NCBI GenBank assembly: GCA_016839365.1 | Contig: JAEOUH010000025.1 | Location: forward strand, 1-11,052 | Length of the DNA stretch: 11,052 nt | Origin: Candidatus Hermodarchaeota archaeon | GTDB lineage: Archaea; Asgardarchaeota; Hermodarchaeia; Hermodarchaeales; Hermodarchaeaceae | Direction: 5' to 3' | Part shown: positions 7,565-11,052 of the stretch, piece by piece | Position numbering within the stretch: position 1 is the first letter of the stretch | Layout: every line of letters begins with the position of its first letter | Translations under genes and position numbers: made by a program | The notes under the pieces: model-generated | Told to the model about the DNA's origin: nothing | What the model saw: only the letters and a program-made list of their open reading frames with translations | Database searches by the model: none

Positions 7565-8821
7565 ATGTCCTCCCAGAAAACCATGCCCAAACAAGCTGAA
7601 GTCAACATCGGTCTAGTGGGTCATGTCGACCATGGGAAGACCACCTTAGCAAAAGCGTTATCAGGTGAATGGACTGACCGCCATTCAGAGGAGATTCGTC
7701 GCGGTATTTCCATCAAATTAGGATATGCTGATGTGACGTTTTTCAAATGTGGGAGCTGTCGTGGTGCTGCTGCATATACAACTTCACCGAAGTGCCCCAA
7801 ATGCGGAGGGAAAGCTGAACCCTTACGACGGATCTCTCTCGTGGATGCACCTGGGCACGAAGTTTTGATGGCCACCATGATATCAGGCGCCGCATTGATG
7901 GATGGAGCAATCTTGCTCATTGCCGCAGATGAGAAATGTCCCCAACCACAAACACGGGAACACCTAGCAGCCTTGGAAATCATCGGGGTTGACAAAATAA
8001 TTATTGCCCAAAACAAAGTAGAAGTAGTATCCGAAAAGGAAGCCGTAGCCAATTATAATCAAATCAAACGCTTCGTCGCGGGATCCATTGCAGAAAACGC
8101 CCCAATAATCCCCATTTCCGCCATGTTTGGAACCAATATTGATTTCCTCATTCAAACCATTGAACAAGTCATTCCCACTCCCAAACGGGATTTAGATAAG
8201 CCTGGACTGTTTTATGTGGCCCGTTCCTTTGACATCAATAAACCAGGTACACGACCCAAGGATTTGCTTGGAGGGGTCATAGGTGGTACAATCATCCAAG
8301 GGAAGGTATCGGTGGGCGATGAACTTGAAATCCGACCCGGAATCCCCGTGAAAGGAAAAAGCACCATCACTTACGAGCCGATATTTACATCAGTGAAAAG
8401 TATTCAGACTGGGACTGGAAAATCTCTCAAAACCGCTCATCCCAGCGGCTTAATTGGAATGGGAACCAACCTTGACCCGTCACTGACACGTGCAGATGCT
8501 TTGATTGGCAACCTTGCAGGTCCTACGGGAAAGCTTCCTCCAATTGTTCAGCAAGTAACACTAGAATCACACCTACTCAAACGCGTAGTTGGTATGGTGG
8601 AACAGACGGTCGTCCAAGGGATAAAACCGAATGAAACGCTGATGCTGATAGTTGGCTCTTCAGCAACAGTAGGTCAGGTCACAAACATTGGAGGTAAAGA
8701 CAAGATTTCTTTTACACTTAGAAAACCGGTCGCCGTGATTCCCAATCAACGTGTCGCGATAAGCCGGCAAATCGAAATGCGGTGGCGGTTAATTGGATGG
8801 GGCACGGTCGTTGCCGAATAA
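7565..8821 (+). CDS. eif2g: Translation initiation factor 2 subunit gamma
   Basis: EVNIGLVGHVDHGKTT, RGISIKLGY, CxxC...CPKC zinc knuckle, DAPGHEVLMATM, PQPQTREH, RSFDINKPG and WRLIGWG. Confidence 0.98.
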   Translation: MSSQKTMPKQAEVNIGLVGHVDHGKTTLAKALSGEWTDRHSEEIRRGISIKLGYADVTFFKCGSCRGAAAYTTSPKCPKCGGKAEPLRRISLVDAPGHEVLMATMISGAALMDGAILLIAADEKCPQPQTREHLAALEIIGVDKIIIAQNKVEVVSEKEAVANYNQIKRFVAGSIAENAPIIPISAMFGTNIDFLIQTIEQVIPTPKRDLDKPGLFYVARSFDINKPGTRPKDLLGGVIGGTIIQGKVSVGDELEIRPGIPVKGKSTITYEPIFTSVKSIQTGTGKSLKTAHPSGLIGMGTNLDPSLTRADALIGNLAGPTGKLPPIVQQVTLESHLLKRVVGMVEQTVVQGIKPNETLMLIVGSSATVGQVTNIGGKDKISFTLRKPVAVIPNQRVAISRQIEMRWRLIGWGTVVAE

Positions 8822-9236
8822 TTTGCAGCCGTCTTATGGGACGAAAGTTTTGTTAGATACTAATTTTCTTCTACTCCCTTTTCAACGGCAAATTGATATC
8901 TTTGATGAAATTCCACGGCTAATCGGTGGGCACGTTCATTTTGTACTCCTCCCACAAATTATCGATGAATTGGAATGGCTACAGTCTGAAGGAACTGCCA
9001 AAGAAAAGCGTGCGGCGGAAAGCGCGCATCAGTTGATGGAACAATTTTGTCAAGTACCCACCGATCTTCCCGCTTCCATTCAAGACCTTGATGCAGATTC
9101 CGCGCTTCTCCGATTTGCACAAGAGACAGGAGCAGTTGTGGCCACCAATGATGGTGCACTACGCCGAAAACTAATAAAACAAGGTTCTCGTGCCATATTT
9201 TTACGAAAACTAGCTGTATTAGCCCTTACCGGGTAA
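8811..9236 (+). CDS. PIN-domain protein, Fcf1/Utp24-like (DUF188-type)
   Basis: Acidic PIN motifs VLLDTNFL, DELE, DAD and VATND..LR; conserved position between eif2g and rpoE1. The start is uncertain (TTG at 8793, 8811 or 8823). Confidence 0.88.
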   Translation: MPNNLQPSYGTKVLLDTNFLLLPFQRQIDIFDEIPRLIGGHVHFVLLPQIIDELEWLQSEGTAKEKRAAESAHQLMEQFCQVPTDLPASIQDLDADSALLRFAQETGAVVATNDGALRRKLIKQGSRAIFLRKLAVLALTG

Positions 9237-9272
9237 GACAAACGCTAAAAACAAGAGCACAGCAATTGAATA

Positions 9273-9286
9273 GAAAAGCTTATCAG
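9273..9286 (+). promoter_or_regulatory. Possible BRE/TATA promoter for the rpoE1 unit
   Basis: GAAAAG-CTTATCAG about 40 nt upstream of the proposed rpoE1 start. Confidence 0.5.
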
Positions 9287-9323
9287 CCCGACTTGTAATC
9301 GGTCGGGAGTCGGAGGCAGGACC

Positions 9324-9926
9324 ATCTACCAAGCTGTCATTATAAAAGGGCATGTGCGCATTCCGCCGAGTCGGTTCAGCGAAGACCTGTATGAGGTTGC
9401 CGAAGAAATTCTTCGTGAACAATACGAGGGAATCATCGATGTCGACCTTGGGTTCATCATCGCGGTCACCGAGGTACTCGAGATCGGAGTAGGGAAAATC
9501 ATTCCTGGTGATGGCGCAACCTATCATGATGTGAAGCTTGAAGTCCTCACCTTTGATCCCAAAGTAAACTTCCTTACCCAAGGGGAGGTTGTGGAAGTTG
9601 TTGATTTCGGAGCTTTCATTCGCTTAGGTCCGCTTGATGGGCTGTGCCATGTGAGTCAAATCACCGATGACTTCTTCTCATACGATCCCCGAAGTGCGGC
9701 CTTGGTCGGCAAGGAAACGGGGCGAGTCATCACAGAAGGCGATTTAGTGCGCACTCGAATCGTTGCAGTCAGCATCGATGGTGGTGCCCGCAGTGGAAAA
9801 CTTGGCTTGACAATGCGACAGCCTTTTCTAGGCAAGTTTGAGTGGATTAAAGAAGAAATCGCAAGATTACTTGAATCAAAGCGAAAAGCGGAGAAGAAGA
9901 AAGAAGGAAAAGACAAGGAAAAATAA
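9324..9926 (+). CDS. rpoE1: DNA-directed RNA polymerase subunit Rpo7 (E')
   Basis: VRIPP, GKIIPGDGA, the S1-domain motif FGAFIRLGPLDGLCHVSQI and LTMRQPFLGK. The family-like N-terminus extends upstream of the ORF-track GTG (9354) to an ATC at 9324. Confidence 0.95.
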   Translation: MYQAVIIKGHVRIPPSRFSEDLYEVAEEILREQYEGIIDVDLGFIIAVTEVLEIGVGKIIPGDGATYHDVKLEVLTFDPKVNFLTQGEVVEVVDFGAFIRLGPLDGLCHVSQITDDFFSYDPRSAALVGKETGRVITEGDLVRTRIVAVSIDGGARSGKLGLTMRQPFLGKFEWIKEEIARLLESKRKAEKKKEGKDKEK

Positions 9927-9973
9927 TATGCTCCTTATTTTCCTAATCCTCCCATCCCATAATGGTGATGAAA

Positions 9974-10162
9974 ATGGCAAAACGAAAAGCATGCAAAGTC
10001 TGTCATACGATGACAACCAAATCGCATTGTCCAGCCTGCAAAAGTACCAATCTTTCAGAGAGCTTCTCTGGGCTAGTTTTGATATTTGATCCCGAGCATT
10101 CCATGATTGCCCAAAAACTCAACATCACTAAAGATGGGGAATACGCTCTCCAAGTCCGTTAG
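9974..10162 (+). CDS. spt4: Transcription elongation factor Spt4 (RpoE'')
   Basis: KACKVC...CPAC zinc ribbon, FSGLVLIFDPEHSMIA and GEYALQVR. ATG at 9974 follows GGTGA. Confidence 0.95.
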   Translation: MAKRKACKVCHTMTTKSHCPACKSTNLSESFSGLVLIFDPEHSMIAQKLNITKDGEYALQVR

Positions 10163-10171
10163 GTGAAATAG

Positions 10172-10735
10172 TTGGCTGCCAAGCAGCTGCGACAATATAT
10201 TCTTGTACTCCCCGATCATCTTCGTCAATCTCTCAAAGGACCAAAGGGTGAATTGTTCTCCCGAGCAGCCCTGGGCGCCGCAGAAGATGCCTGTGCTTAT
10301 ATTCGGAAACACAAACTGGCTCCGGTCATCGCAGTTGGTGATTTGGTCTCGATTAATTTAGCAAAGGTCAACTGCCAAGCAACCCTGTCTATCTTGGATG
10401 GTAGAACGAAGCGTAACGATGCTGTGGAATTTTCCCTTACAACTGATGTCACCTTTACCGCAACAAACGCGGCTGCAGAAATTCGTCCCGAGGTATGGAT
10501 TGCCATTGAGCTAGCCCTCACTGCCAGTAAATCTGGGAAAACTGCGAAACTCTTAATAGAGGGAGAAGAGGACCTAACGGCACTGCCCGCAGTGGCACTT
10601 GCACCCTCTGGCTCAGCCGTTGTATATGGGCTTCCCAATCAGGGCATAGTTGTCATTAAGGTCGCGGCAGAGCACAAACAGGCGGTCAACGCAATCTTAC
10701 GAGAAATGGTGCAAAAAAATGAAAATCAAGATTGA
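10172..10735 (+). CDS. GTP-dependent dephospho-CoA kinase (DUF359 family)
   Basis: LKGPKG, VGDLVS, DGRTKR, GEEDL and VYGLPNQG; conserved position between spt4 and rps24e. TTG start after AGGTGA. Confidence 0.9.
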   Translation: MAAKQLRQYILVLPDHLRQSLKGPKGELFSRAALGAAEDACAYIRKHKLAPVIAVGDLVSINLAKVNCQATLSILDGRTKRNDAVEFSLTTDVTFTATNAAAEIRPEVWIAIELALTASKSGKTAKLLIEGEEDLTALPAVALAPSGSAVVYGLPNQGIVVIKVAAEHKQAVNAILREMVQKNENQD

Positions 10736-11052
10736 AGAAAAAAATGACAATGCGCTCCTTCAGCGTCAGGACATCACTTTCCTAGTTGATCATACAGGAA
10801 CGGCGACACCTCCTCGCGTGGATGTCCGAGCGAAACTTGCGGCTATGCTGAATTGCAAAGAAGATCAGCTCTATATCATTAAGCTTACTGGTCAATACGG
10901 CCAATCCATCTCGCAGGGCTATGCTCATCTTTATCCTTCAAAGGACGCTGCTGCAATGCAAGAACAGGTCCACATCAAAAAACGACATGGCACTGAGGAG
11001 GCGGCGCCGCCACCTGCCATGAAACCAGCTAAACCTGTGGCTGAAGAGAAGA
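10719..11052 (+). CDS. rps24e: Ribosomal protein S24e, 3'-truncated by the window edge (absent from the ORF track)
   Basis: Manual translation: MKIKIEEKNDNALLQRQDITFLVDHTGTATPPRVDVRAKLAAMLN...GQYGQSISQGYAHLY...QEQVHIKKRHG. It overlaps the DUF359 gene by 17 nt. Confidence 0.92.
   Translation, partial: MKIKIEEKNDNALLQRQDITFLVDHTGTATPPRVDVRAKLAAMLNCKEDQLYIIKLTGQYGQSISQGYAHLYPSKDAAAMQEQVHIKKRHGTEEAAPPPAMKPAKPVAEEK

Noticed and set aside
7565-8821. Possible SelB or other specialised translation GTPase
   Set aside because: The zinc knuckle, PQPQTREH, RSFDINKPG and WRLIG motifs, length and synteny all indicate aIF2-gamma.
8793-9236. PIN gene as a VapBC toxin-antitoxin module
   Set aside because: There is no antitoxin gene; this is the conserved housekeeping PIN gene between eif2g and rpoE1.
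6669-10638. Remaining nested or antisense ORFs (6669, 7272, 7621, 7964, 8959, 9219, 9656, 9838, 10073, 10297)
   Set aside because: They overlap conserved genes and show no independent coding evidence.
1-11052. CRISPR arrays, IS elements, inteins, frameshifts or selenocysteine read-through
   Set aside because: No spaced repeats, transposases or intein-sized insertions were seen, and no gene is interrupted by an internal stop.

Overview
Archaeal housekeeping region; aIF5B signature residues and long charged ribosomal-protein tails suggest an Asgard- or TACK-related lineage, which is inference only. The left part (1-3116) is a co-oriented isoprenoid cluster of the archaeal 'modified' mevalonate pathway: a UbiD-family decarboxylase (3' end), the large and small aconitase-X/phosphomevalonate dehydratase subunits, and type 2 IPP isomerase. 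The rest is the conserved translation/transcription string rpl7ae-rps28e-rpl24e-(ndk)-aIF5B-rps6e-aIF2gamma-PIN-rpoE1-spt4-DUF359-rps24e (partial). I found no mobile element, CRISPR array, tRNA or rRNA, and no clearly new multi-gene system. The best anomalies are: (1) rpoE1 appears to start at a non-canonical ATC codon; (2) ndk is at its usual locus but inverted, with a ~90-aa extra C-terminal domain; (3) the rpl7ae leader is structured, with a k-turn-like motif over the SD and competing helices; (4) eL24 has a ~78-aa Lys/Ala/Pro-rich tail.
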